A stretch of DNA of 10,748 bases from a virus: UHGV virus genome UHGV-0162320. One strand, 5' to 3'. Position numbers and translations under genes: made by a program. Positions within the stretch are counted from its first letter, which is position 1; the number at the start of each line of letters is the position of its first letter. Below are positions 1 through 7,536 of this stretch, one piece after another. The notes below the pieces were generated by a model, which was given only the letters and a program-made list of their open reading frames with translations, was not told the DNA's origin and searched no databases.

Positions 1-355
1 AGTCGACACGCTGCTCGACCAGCAGCTCATTGCCCTGCGCCAGCGCCCAAACAGTGTCGACGTAACGACCAACGGCTTCGACCATTTCCTCATCTACCTG
101 CGGGCCGGAAGTATCATCCGGGTGCTCAGCAAGAGGATAGGATCCAAGGAACATCGCGACGTTGCAACCTGCATAGTGCTCCGGGTGGCTCTGGCGGTTG
201 CGCAGCACCTTTTCGGCAAGTGCATGCGCTGCAGTGCCCTCGATTGCAAAAGTTGTTTCTTTATCCGGTTGTGTGGCCTCCAGCGCCAGACTTCCTGGGC
301 AGCGCATCCATCGATGCGCTGATGATGGAGAAAGTTGTGCATGAACGTCTGGCAT
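1..355 (-). CDS. PD-(D/E)XK-type nuclease, DUF2800-like (N-terminal 118 codons; gene runs off window start)
   Basis: Absent from the ORF track because there is no in-window stop. Minus-strand ATG at 355-353, GGAGGG 7 nt upstream, 2 nt after the stop of the preceding gene, open to position 1. Translation [51 protein letters not shown]... carries the LSPSS..RW..CPGS and EGTAAH motifs I recall from phage Cas4-like DUF2800 nucleases. Confidence 0.6.
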   Translation of the reverse strand, partial: MPDVHAQLSPSSAHRWMRCPGSLALEATQPDKETTFAIEGTAAHALAEKVLRNRQSHPEHYAGCNVAMFLGSYPLAEHPDDTSGPQVDEEMVEAVGRYVDTVWALAQGNELLVEQRVD

Positions 356-357
356 GA

Positions 358-1260
358 TTAACCCTCCAGTGCTTTTTCAGCCAGGGTGATTACTTCAGCG
401 AGATTTTCATCCGTTACTTCACCAAGTTTCCTGGCTCCCTGTTTTTCCAGAATTGCAATAGCTTCTGCCCGGTAACCCCCTTTTGCTAACTGGAGGATCA
501 ACCCTTCAGCTTGTTTGCGTAGTGCCGCGAAATCAATTGTATGGTCATCTTTGGCGTCATTATTCTGGCTGGAATTTGCTGCGTCTCTGCGTGCAAATTC
601 TTCCTGCAGCTGAAGGTACTCAACACGGTTGATCTCGATATGGCCTTTTTTAAGCATCTCGTTCAACTTGCGTAAGGTATGGAGTTCACTGGCTGCTGTG
701 CCGGATACATTTTTGACGTAAAACGGCCCCGTGCGTTCTCCATCTTTGTTACTGGCCTTTTTCGGCTTAACTTCATCACGCCCATCTGCAGGTGCATCAA
801 GTAGCTGCTCGGCAAAAGCACGTCGCTCGCCGATGGTTGGCAGGTCGTCCCAGAACTTAAGGATGTTACGGGACAGGTCCAGGAGAGCAGGTTTAAGCAG
901 CGCCCTGGCTCGTTTGACGCCCTGCAATGCGCTGTCGAGAGCATCAATCTGAACAACTCGTTTATCGCCTTCAGCATCACGGTAGGCAACAGCACGTTGC
1001 AGCATGTCTTCTGTGATAGGGGTGGCTACCGGGTAGAAACCAGCCAGTGCGATAACGTCGCTGAACTCCAGATCATCCAGTGTCATTGCCGCTGACATAT
1101 TTTCAGTTTCAGTTGCTGTATCCCGACATTCCTGCACTCGTGAAATCGTGTCAGGATGCATAACAATGCCTGATGCCATTGTGCGGATAAGACGTTCAAG
1201 CAGCGCATTATGTTGTGCCAGAAGTTGATTATTAAGTTCTAGACTGGTTTCTAAACTCAT
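358..1260 (-). CDS. hypothetical early-operon protein, 300 aa, acidic; function not recognised (possible recombination partner of the downstream nuclease by position only)
   Basis: Complete 300-aa ORF in track; ATG at 1260 with GAGGA 7 nt upstream; start overlaps stop of upstream small ORF (ATGA); several spurious ORFs in other frames are embedded in it. Confidence 0.75.
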   Translation of the reverse strand: MSLETSLELNNQLLAQHNALLERLIRTMASGIVMHPDTISRVQECRDTATETENMSAAMTLDDLEFSDVIALAGFYPVATPITEDMLQRAVAYRDAEGDKRVVQIDALDSALQGVKRARALLKPALLDLSRNILKFWDDLPTIGERRAFAEQLLDAPADGRDEVKPKKASNKDGERTGPFYVKNVSGTAASELHTLRKLNEMLKKGHIEINRVEYLQLQEEFARRDAANSSQNNDAKDDHTIDFAALRKQAEGLILQLAKGGYRAEAIAILEKQGARKLGEVTDENLAEVITLAEKALEG

Positions 1261-1427
1261 ACTGTGGTCCTCGCTACAAGGAGAATGAAAGTGATGATCA
1301 GACCGAGCGCAGTGGCAACGGCCAGACCGGTCATCAAATCGAAGTTTTTACGGCGATAACGGAGAACATCGCGCCCCGTCAGTCGATGGATGTGTTCAGG
1401 TTTCATCGGTTGTATTCCTTTTTTCAT
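1257..1427 (-). CDS. small protein with C-terminal transmembrane helix (about 49-56 aa); start ambiguous (ATG 1427 or ATG 1406)
   Basis: Track ORF 1257..1439; hydrophobic C-terminus [26 protein letters not shown]; stop overlaps start of the 300-aa gene, suggesting translational coupling; AAGGA lies upstream of ATG 1406. Confidence 0.5.
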   Translation of the reverse strand: MKKGIQPMKPEHIHRLTGRDVLRYRRKNFDLMTGLAVATALGLIITFILLVARTTV

Positions 1428-1463
1428 ATCGGGGAGCACGCTGTTGCGAGTGCGCTTTCAGAC

Positions 1464-1491
1464 ATAAAAAAGCCCGTCACGTGAGGCGGGC
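1464..1491 (-). terminator. rho-independent terminator on minus strand (tL1-like position)
   Basis: Plus-strand ataaaaaa + GCCCGTCACGTGAGGCGGGC; on minus strand this is a GC-rich hairpin around the palindrome TCACGTGA, followed by a T-run. Confidence 0.5.
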
Positions 1492-1522
1492 AAAGACTAC
1501 ACACAGCAATTACATGGATGAT

Positions 1523-1717
1523 TCAGTTGGTATTGTGCGTACGTGGTACCACAAGGTTGAAGCGGACACGCCAGTGCGTTGCAATGGTATGCAGGAAAGC
1601 ACCACATCCAGGGCAGTGCTCATAACATTCGTTGATTTGGTATCGTTTTGGCTTTGGTGTCAGAAGCTGTGTTTGGCAAGCAGGGCATTCACCTTTGAGC
1701 GGTTTATACGTTTTCAC
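1523..1717 (-). CDS. small Cys-rich zinc-ribbon-like protein (64 aa, GTG start)
   Basis: Track ORF VKTYKPLKGECPACQTQ...NECYEHCPGCGAF with CxxC...CxxxHCxxC spacing; AGGA 7 nt upstream of GTG; sits between a putative early-left promoter region and the 1464-1491 terminator. Confidence 0.45.
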   Translation of the reverse strand: MKTYKPLKGECPACQTQLLTPKPKRYQINECYEHCPGCGAFLHTIATHWRVRFNLVVPRTHNTN

Positions 1718-1912
1718 GCCGTTTCCTCATTCAGTTCACTTTGGTGGTTCGGCGGCTTCGACTTGTATCAGTAGACAGTGCTTCGCCGCACCCCAAAGGG
1801 AACTTACTGACCCGTATTGCCGACATCCTGTCCCGCCACGGTCCCGACGCATGGTTTAGAGTCGCGCCGTTCGACTTGTGGCTAAAGATACAATTTGAGT
1901 TGTATTATGTAA

Positions 1913-1926
1913 ACCACAAATGTGGT
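1913..1926. promoter_or_regulatory. palindrome ACCACA-AA-TGTGGT, candidate protein-binding site in early-left control region
   Basis: Perfect 6-bp inverted arms; further TGTGG copies at about 1877 and 1931; AT-rich surroundings. Confidence 0.3.
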
Positions 1927-2000
1927 ATTTTGTGGGGTGTGAATACTACTTTATTGATATTTAAGTGAATTTAATTTGTAAGACTTTACAAATGGGGTAA

Positions 2001-2020
2001 GGGAGGCTGTTACGCCTCCC
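2001..2020 (-). terminator. stable hairpin immediately 3' of the repressor gene (weak terminator candidate)
   Basis: GGGAGGC-tgttac-GCCTCCC, perfect 7-bp stem; the downstream tract on the minus strand is only partly U-rich. Confidence 0.35.
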
Positions 2021-2039
2021 GATATTTACGGTGGGAATA

Positions 2040-2663
2040 CTAACGTTTACGGCGGTAAATACGGTGTTCGATCATTACACCTATGATCTGTAAGTTCATA
2101 TCTGCACTACGAAAAATAGGGTAATCAGGATTTAGGGGGATTAATTCAAAGTCGTCGATGCCGATTCCTAATGGACGGTATTTTTTAAATGTAGCTTCGT
2201 GACCGTCGTTTTTGGCGACAACAAACTCCCCTGGTGCAGGACATAGATCAGGATCGATGATAACAATGTCTCCTTCTTTAAACTCTGGTTGCATGCTGTC
2301 GCCATCGATACGTAATGCGAAGCATGTTTCTGGAATGTCAGAGTCTGCCAAAATATATTCAAATTCCCCTGTCAGATCTGTTATGTCTCTTGCTTCTGTA
2401 AGCTCTCCTGCCTGAACGTAACTTAATATAGGTATGCGTCTGGTACTTATCTCCGCGAGAGGCATAATATTTTTACCGTTCAGTAGCCAGTCTGGGCTAC
2501 ATTTCAAGGCCTTAGCCAGATCCAGAAGATTGCGTGGCTTTCTGGTTCGTCCACTTTCGATGGATTCTATGGATTGTTGGCTAACCCCTGCAGAATTCGC
2601 TACTTCCACTTGAGTCATTCCTAATTCCAAACGACGTGCTTTAAAACGGGCTGCGAGAGACAT
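2040..2663 (-). CDS. CI-like repressor, N-terminal XRE-family HTH plus C-terminal S24 (LexA-like) autopeptidase domain
   Basis: ATG at 2663 (MSLAARFKARRLELGMTQVEVANSAGVSQQSIESIESG...) with AAGGA upstream; Ala-Gly cleavage site in VQAGE, Ser motif GDSM and a downstream Lys (ATFKKY) match the LexA/lambda CI autocleavage architecture. Confidence 0.9.
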   Translation of the reverse strand: MSLAARFKARRLELGMTQVEVANSAGVSQQSIESIESGRTRKPRNLLDLAKALKCSPDWLLNGKNIMPLAEISTRRIPILSYVQAGELTEARDITDLTGEFEYILADSDIPETCFALRIDGDSMQPEFKEGDIVIIDPDLCPAPGEFVVAKNDGHEATFKKYRPLGIGIDDFELIPLNPDYPIFRSADMNLQIIGVMIEHRIYRRKR

Positions 2664-2686
2664 GGGATTAGTCCTTCTGGGTTGTA

Positions 2687-2708
2687 TTAATGTGTATCCC
2701 CACATTAA
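2687..2708. promoter_or_regulatory. operator candidate: perfect inverted repeat TTAATGTG-tatccc-CACATTAA
   Basis: 8-bp perfect arms with 6-bp spacer in the divergent intergenic region between repressor and cro-like genes; direct repeats GTTGTATT at 2681-2688 and 2722-2729 nearby. Confidence 0.5.
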
Positions 2709-2726
2709 AAACAATTTTTGTTGTAT

Positions 2727-2756
2727 TTGACAAACCTCGTTTGTTGTTGCTAAATA
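2727..2756 (+). promoter_or_regulatory. candidate rightward early promoter (PR-like)
   Basis: TTGACA at 2727-2732, 17-18 nt spacer, TGcTAAATA extended -10-like element; about 25 nt upstream of the cro-like start. Confidence 0.4.
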
Positions 2757-2783
2757 CCACTAAAATTGTATGAGGTGAAAGCA

Positions 2784-2996
2784 ATGACCTTAGCGACCCG
2801 AGTAAAAGAACGACGTAAAGAACTCAAAATGACGCAAGTTACGTTGGCTGAGCTCACAGGAGTGAGCCAGCAGGCAATAAACAGAATTGAAAGTGGTGTT
2901 ATTGCTCGGCCACGTTATCTTCTTGAAATGTCTATAGCATTGGATTGCGACCCTAATTGGCTGTTGTATGGCTCACAAAACGATAAAAAGGCTTAA
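2784..2996 (+). CDS. Cro-like XRE-family HTH regulator (70 aa)
   Basis: ATG 2784 with GAGGTG upstream; MTLATRVKERRKELKMTQVTLAELTGVSQQAINRIESG is a classic HTH; divergent from repressor gene; stop 3 nt before primase start. Confidence 0.85.
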   Translation: MTLATRVKERRKELKMTQVTLAELTGVSQQAINRIESGVIARPRYLLEMSIALDCDPNWLLYGSQNDKKA

Positions 2997-2999
2997 CCC

Positions 3000-5192
3000 A
3001 TGTCCGATAGCAAACCATGGGGAGCTACGCCTGATGAGTGGTTTCATTTCGACCTGGTATTGGGGAGAACTGATCATCTTCTCCCAGTTGTATGTAACCC
3101 CAGTGCGACCATATCCCCTGATAGTAAACTGAAAGCGTTGGGTAAGACGCCGAGTCGCTATAACCGGGACCGCCAGGTCACCGGTATTGCTCAATGGACC
3201 GGGCATGTTGTTACTGAGCATGATTTTGCCCGCTGGTCGAATGAACCGGATTATGGCATCTGCGTGCGTACAGGCCATGGCTGGCTGGCGCTGGACTGTG
3301 ATAGCGAAGATGAAGACATTCAGGCAGATATTCGCAAAACGCTTGTGCAACTTCTGGGTGAGTTGCCGCCGCGACGCTGGCGAGCAAACAGTAATAAGTG
3401 TCTGTATCTGCTGGCCGTTGATGGTGATTTCCGTAAGCGTATCCATCGCCTGGCGGGGGATATGGGCATTATCGAGTTGCTGGCGAACGGGCAGCAGTTC
3501 GTTGCCTGCGGTACGCACAGCAGCGGCGCGCGTATTGAATGGGACGGCGGTTTGCCGGATGAACCTCCGGCTATTACTGGTGAGCAGCTTGAAACGCTGT
3601 GGCAGCGCCTGGCTGAACAACTCCCTGTGTCGGTAACCACCGAAGCGGGCAACACGAAGATGCGCGACCGATCAGCATTCACGCCCGGCGCGACGGATGA
3701 TACAGCTGAATATCTTGATGCCAATGGCTGGACGCTGCTGGATGGCGCAAATGGTGAACGATATATCCGCTGTCCGTTTGAAGACGGCCACAGTAGCGGG
3801 GGCGATCCAACAAGCACAGTTTATTTTCCTGCGGGAACCGCGGGCTTTGAGCAGGGGCATTTTAAATGCCTGCATGCCAGTTGTGCGCATCGTGATGACG
3901 GAGATTTCCTTAATGCCATCGGGATCCGCAACGACGATTTCGAAGATCTGACCAGCACCGAAGTGGCGGAACCTTTACCGCTGCCTGCTTTCGAGCGTGA
4001 TAAATGGGGGCGTATCGAGGCAACAATCAGCAACGCAGCCAAAGCAGTAGTACGCCCTGATTTTGTGGACATCGATATTCGCTTTGACCAGTTCCGCGAC
4101 GAAATCATGTTTGCCCCTGCAGGATCCGGACAATGGCGGGCATTCACCGATGCGGATTATGCGCGCCTGCGCATCACGATGGAAAAGCGGGGATTTAAAC
4201 CTGTTGGTCGTGAACTTATTCGCGATGTGGTGTTACTTGCAGCCGATGAACAACCATTCGATTCAGCGATCACTTGGCTGAACGGACTGGAGTGGGATGG
4301 CGTGCCGCGCATCGAATGTTTCTACCATACGCACTTCGGTACCGCCGACACGCCTTATACCCGTGCGGTGTCTATGTACATGTGGACCGCGTTGGCGGGG
4401 CGAGTACTGGAGCCAGGCATCAAAGCGGATATGGTGCCGATCCTCGTTGGTCCGCAGGGCTGCGGTAAGTCTTCCGGAGTGGAGGCACTGAGCCCTGATC
4501 CTGCGTTTTTTACTGAAATCTCTTTTGCCGAAAAAGACGATGATCTCGCTCGAAAAATGCGTGGTCGGCTGGTGGCAGAGATTGGTGAACTGCGCGGACT
4601 TAATACCAAAGAGCTGGAGTCAATCAAAGCGTTTGTGACGCGTACTCACGAAAACTGGATCCCGAAATACCGGGAGTTCGCCACCCAGTTTCCTCGTCGC
4701 CTGGTGTTCGTTGGTACCACCAATGAGGACGAATTCCTTGCGGACAAGACTGGTAACCGTCGCTGGCTCCCCGTGGAAGTGTCGAAAGTCGACGTGAAAG
4801 CGATAAAAAGAGATCTCCTTTTACTTTGGGCTGAGGCTCGTGAGGTGTTTCAGCGTCTGGGGGGTATCCAGTTCCGTGAGGCTGAACAACTGGCAGCGAG
4901 TGTCCATGAACAGTACACCATCAAGGATGCTTGGCTTGAAACGGTAGAGAAATGGCTCGACACGCCAGACCTGATGACTAATGAACTTCCGCGAAATTGC
5001 GAATTTTTACGCGCAAGTGATGTTTTGCGTGATGCGATTGGGCTAAATCCTGACCGCATCGGAAAACGCGAAGAAATGCGAATTAGTAATGTTTTGCAAA
5101 ATTGCGGGTATAAGCGTGCCCAAAGGCGAATTGGGGGGAAAATGACTCGAATTTTTGAGGCGGTGTCCCAACCTGTACCAACCTCAAAATAG
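3000..5192 (+). CDS. replication primase-helicase: AEP-type PrimPol N-domain, zinc-binding segment, VirE/D5-like P-loop NTPase
   Basis: 730-aa ORF; AEP motifs LALDCDSED and CGTHSSG; Cys/His cluster CPFEDGH...CLHASCAH; Walker A GPQGCGKSS and Walker B-like RLVFVGTTNE. Confidence 0.9.
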   Translation: MSDSKPWGATPDEWFHFDLVLGRTDHLLPVVCNPSATISPDSKLKALGKTPSRYNRDRQVTGIAQWTGHVVTEHDFARWSNEPDYGICVRTGHGWLALDCDSEDEDIQADIRKTLVQLLGELPPRRWRANSNKCLYLLAVDGDFRKRIHRLAGDMGIIELLANGQQFVACGTHSSGARIEWDGGLPDEPPAITGEQLETLWQRLAEQLPVSVTTEAGNTKMRDRSAFTPGATDDTAEYLDANGWTLLDGANGERYIRCPFEDGHSSGGDPTSTVYFPAGTAGFEQGHFKCLHASCAHRDDGDFLNAIGIRNDDFEDLTSTEVAEPLPLPAFERDKWGRIEATISNAAKAVVRPDFVDIDIRFDQFRDEIMFAPAGSGQWRAFTDADYARLRITMEKRGFKPVGRELIRDVVLLAADEQPFDSAITWLNGLEWDGVPRIECFYHTHFGTADTPYTRAVSMYMWTALAGRVLEPGIKADMVPILVGPQGCGKSSGVEALSPDPAFFTEISFAEKDDDLARKMRGRLVAEIGELRGLNTKELESIKAFVTRTHENWIPKYREFATQFPRRLVFVGTTNEDEFLADKTGNRRWLPVEVSKVDVKAIKRDLLLLWAEAREVFQRLGGIQFREAEQLAASVHEQYTIKDAWLETVEKWLDTPDLMTNELPRNCEFLRASDVLRDAIGLNPDRIGKREEMRISNVLQNCGYKRAQRRIGGKMTRIFEAVSQPVPTSK

Positions 5193-5346
5193 AGGTTGGT
5201 ACATTTTAACTAATTGAATTTAAAGGCCAGTACCAACTGTACCATCTGTACCAACCTAATTACTAAGAACCCCATATATATATATAAGTCGCTTGGGGAA
5301 AAGGTTTGAAAAGAGCTGGTACAGGTGGGTACAGGTTGGTACAGGC
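5174..5346. repeat. iteron-type replication origin: 12-bp inverted iteron pair, three direct 9-bp GTACCA iterons, (TA)n unwinding element, three inverted GGTACAGG iterons
   Basis: TGTACCAACCTC (5174-5185) and GAGGTTGGTACA (5192-5203); GTACCAACT/GTACCATCT/GTACCAACC at 5230-5256; catatatatatataag at 5273-5288; GGTACAGGT x2 and GGTACAGGC at 5318-5346. Confidence 0.6.
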
Positions 5347-5400
5347 CGAACAAGGAATTTTTTGCACATAACAGCGTGTAATAAGCGAATCGGAACTGCG

Positions 5401-5409
5401 TTATCCACA
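5401..5409 (+). promoter_or_regulatory. consensus DnaA box TTATCCACA
   Basis: Exact 9-mer match to the DnaA box consensus, with a partial inverted GGATAA 8 nt downstream; lies 55 bp beyond the iterons. Confidence 0.35.
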
Positions 5410-5473
5410 CCCACGGATAAACAAACGTGGTTCTCAGAAAATTTTTTCGTAGCAAAACGTAGAGGTCAGAGCT

Positions 5474-5896
5474 ATGCGTAATATTCAACAGGTTTTAGAG
5501 CGCTGGGGTGGCTGGGCAGCGAGTGAAGGTGGTAGTGTCTACTTTCCTCCTGTTGCAGCCGGGTTTAAGAATCTGCTACCCGCGACGCAGTCTGGAAGGC
5601 TGAAATGCAGTGACAATGACGGTCTTATCATCAACTCCGCTATGAGCTGCCTGAAGAAAAAAGATCCGTATCTGTGCACGCTCCTTGAGTGGCATTACGT
5701 CCAGGCCATGCCCGTGCGGGCGATGGGTGAGAAGCTCGGCGTATCTCACACCCACGTTCTGAAGAGGCTTCAGGCGGCAGAGGGATTTATTGACGGTTGC
5801 TTAGCCATGCTGGATGTGGTGCTCGAAATGGATCAGTCGGTTCAGTCAAAGCCTCAGGCTATCAGGACTTTGCGTAGGAGCTGCTCGGCGGCATAA
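5474..5896 (+). CDS. late-gene antiterminator, Q family (QuuD-like)
   Basis: ATG 5474 with GAGG upstream; MRNIQQVLERWGGWAA...VAAGFKNL...LKRLQAAEGFIDGCLAMLDVVLEMD parallels my recollection of E. coli DLP12 QuuD (MRDIQMVLERWGAWAA...AAGFKGL...). Confidence 0.75.
   Translation: MRNIQQVLERWGGWAASEGGSVYFPPVAAGFKNLLPATQSGRLKCSDNDGLIINSAMSCLKKKDPYLCTLLEWHYVQAMPVRAMGEKLGVSHTHVLKRLQAAEGFIDGCLAMLDVVLEMDQSVQSKPQAIRTLRRSCSAA
5869..5896 (+). promoter_or_regulatory. candidate late promoter (pR'-like) overlapping the 3' end of the Q gene
   Basis: TTGCGT (5869-5874), 16-nt spacer, CATAAT (5891-5896); lambdoid phages place pR' directly downstream of Q. Confidence 0.35.
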
Positions 5897-5927
5897 TATC
5901 CAGCAATCAATCACGTAAGGGAACCAG

Positions 5928-6269
5928 ATGGCTCTGATCAGCGTTCGCAACAGATTTGAAAGCTTCATGGAACAGAGGTACCCAGACCTGTCGTTGCAGG
6001 TCAAAGGTAATATTAGCGCATCAATGAAGGCTCAACTTGGCATCAGGATTGAACGAGAATTGTACAGTGAAGATGTTACTTACTGTGATTCAGCAGTTCA
6101 GTTGATGTGGACACTCTTTCAGGCAGGTGTTCTGGCCGAACGAAGAGCTACCAGCGTTACGCTTCCTGCGCTGAAGGCAAAGCCGGATAGCTTCTACGAT
6201 GCGGGTTATAACGAAGGTATTCAGGACTGTCGTAAACATCTGACGGCATCAGGCATCAAGGTAAGATAA
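5928..6269 (+). CDS. hypothetical protein, 113 aa, unrecognised
   Basis: ATG 5928 with AAGGGAA 6 nt upstream; clean ORF; followed by terminator structures. Confidence 0.7.
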   Translation: MALISVRNRFESFMEQRYPDLSLQVKGNISASMKAQLGIRIERELYSEDVTYCDSAVQLMWTLFQAGVLAERRATSVTLPALKAKPDSFYDAGYNEGIQDCRKHLTASGIKVR

Positions 6270-6336
6270 AAAATAGTTGTGGAATTCCAAAAAGCCGATT
6301 AGCCTGATATCCGTTGAAAACAGTTCATCACGAAGA

Positions 6337-6363
6337 GGCTTCCGCAAGGGGGCCTTTTTTATT
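6337..6363 (+). terminator. rho-independent terminator candidate
   Basis: GGCTTCC-GCAA-GGGGGCC (7-bp stem with two G-U pairs, GNRA loop) followed by TTTTTTATT. Confidence 0.5.
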
Positions 6364-6589
6364 GCCCCATTCTGGGGAAAAGTTAATAAAACAGGGCTTT
6401 CGCTGCGAAAAAACGCTATGCAGTTTTTGCCCTTTTTTATGCACCTTTTATTCACTCGAATTTCGTCATTCTGGACCACTTAAGTTGATTAAATAGGCCT
6501 TTCATCGCAAATCTATTGCGAGCGGGGATCGTGTGGTTCCTATAACATACATTATGTTAAATAACCTCCTTTTTTAACAAATTTAACAA

Positions 6590-6613
6590 GGTTCGCTATG
6601 GCGAACTTTTTTT
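6590..6613 (+). terminator. rho-independent terminator (tR'-like) upstream of lysis genes
   Basis: GGTTCGC-tatg-GCGAAC perfect stem followed by TTTTTTT. Confidence 0.7.
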
Positions 6614-6714
6614 GTATTCAGGGCCCACCGAAGGACGGCTCATAACCCAATCCTACGGGCGTATACGCAGGGCCCGCCTTTCAACAACACCCCGTAATGG
6701 CGGAGGTGGGAAGT

Positions 6715-7056
6715 ATGAAAATGCACAATGCTCCTCATTCCTGGCCTGACTTACTGGAACTCTTACAAAGTTGGTGGCGTGGAGATACGCCGTTGGGCGC
6801 AGTGGTTATGTCAATTGTTATGGCTGGTTTGCGCATTGCCTATTTTGGCGGTGGCGGCGGCTGGAAACGAAAAACGCTTGAGATTTTGCTCTGTGGTGCT
6901 CTGACGCTGACCTTTGCATCCGCTCTTGAGTATGTCGGATGGCCTAAATCACTTTCTGTTGCCATTGGTGGTGGGGTGGGGCTGATCGGTGTCGATGCTA
7001 TTCGTGGGGCTGCAATGCGAGTAATCGGTAACAAATTTGGTGGCTCTAAGGAGTAA
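6715..7056 (+). CDS. holin with lambda S-like dual-start motif (113 aa)
   Basis: GGAGGTGGG RBS 8 nt before ATG 6715; begins MKMHN (Met1-Lys2-Met3, as in lambda S107/S105); hydrophobic segments; C-terminus GLIGVDAIRGAAMRVIGNK resembles lambda S GYIGTDSIGSLIKRFAAKK; immediately precedes the endolysin. Confidence 0.8.
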   Translation: MKMHNAPHSWPDLLELLQSWWRGDTPLGAVVMSIVMAGLRIAYFGGGGGWKRKTLEILLCGALTLTFASALEYVGWPKSLSVAIGGGVGLIGVDAIRGAAMRVIGNKFGGSKE

Positions 7057-7059
7057 TTT

Positions 7060-7536
7060 ATGCAGGTACTAAATTCCCAGCGTAAAGCTTTCCTTGATAT
7101 GGTGGCTTGGTCAGAAGGAACGGATAACGGGCGACAACCGACACGTAATCACGGTTATGATGTTATTGTTGGCGGCGAACTGTTTACTGATTACTCTGAT
7201 CACCCTCGCAAACTTGTCACGCTAAACCCCAAACTCAAATCAACAGCCGCCGGACGTTACCAGCTTCTTTCCCGTTGGTGGGATGCTTACCGTAAACAGC
7301 TTGGTTTGAAAGACTTCTCCCCCAAAAGCCAGGACGCAGTGGCATTGCAGCAGATTAAAGAGCGTAGCGCTTTACCTATGATTGATCGCGGTGATATCCG
7401 TCAGGCTATCGACCGTTGCAGCAATATCTGGGCTTCACTGCCGGGTGCTGGTTATGGCCAGTTCGAGCATAAGGCTGACAGCCTGATTGCAAAATTCAAA
7501 GAAGCAGGCGGAACGGTCAGAGAGATTGAGGTATGA
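7060..7536 (+). CDS. R: endolysin, lambda R-type lytic transglycosylase
   Basis: 158 aa; roughly 94% identical to lambda R as I recall it ([54 protein letters not shown]...); catalytic Glu in WSEGT conserved; AAGGAG RBS. Confidence 0.95.
   Translation: MQVLNSQRKAFLDMVAWSEGTDNGRQPTRNHGYDVIVGGELFTDYSDHPRKLVTLNPKLKSTAAGRYQLLSRWWDAYRKQLGLKDFSPKSQDAVALQQIKERSALPMIDRGDIRQAIDRCSNIWASLPGAGYGQFEHKADSLIAKFKEAGGTVREIEV

Noticed and set aside
94-342. 82-aa minus-strand ORF in track
   Set aside because: Wrong frame: it overlaps the convincing edge-running ORF (1..355, minus) that has an RBS and nuclease motifs; the product is Cys/Arg-rich and low-complexity.
663-995. 110-aa and 73-aa ORFs embedded in the 300-aa gene
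   Set aside because: Fully contained in alternative frames of a longer ORF with better start context; typical shadow ORFs.
1481-1968. Plus-strand ORFs (97, 75, 75 aa) in the early-left control region
   Set aside because: Alternative-start artefacts with no RBS that overlap each other and the better-supported minus-strand zinc-ribbon ORF; region is probably regulatory.
3187-5059. Multiple 64-165-aa ORFs on both strands inside the primase-helicase gene
   Set aside because: All lie within the 730-aa ORF that carries clear AEP and P-loop motifs; GC-rich coding DNA generates long shadow frames.
6249-6496. Three 60-76-aa ORFs between the 113-aa gene and the holin
   Set aside because: They overlap terminator hairpins and lack RBSs; the region looks like structured non-coding leader.
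6614-6690. Possible tRNA between terminator and holin (GGGCCC repeats, CTCATAA loop-like motif)
   Set aside because: No T-loop GTTCGA-type motif and no 7-bp acceptor stem pairing or cloverleaf could be built by eye; treated as leader sequence.
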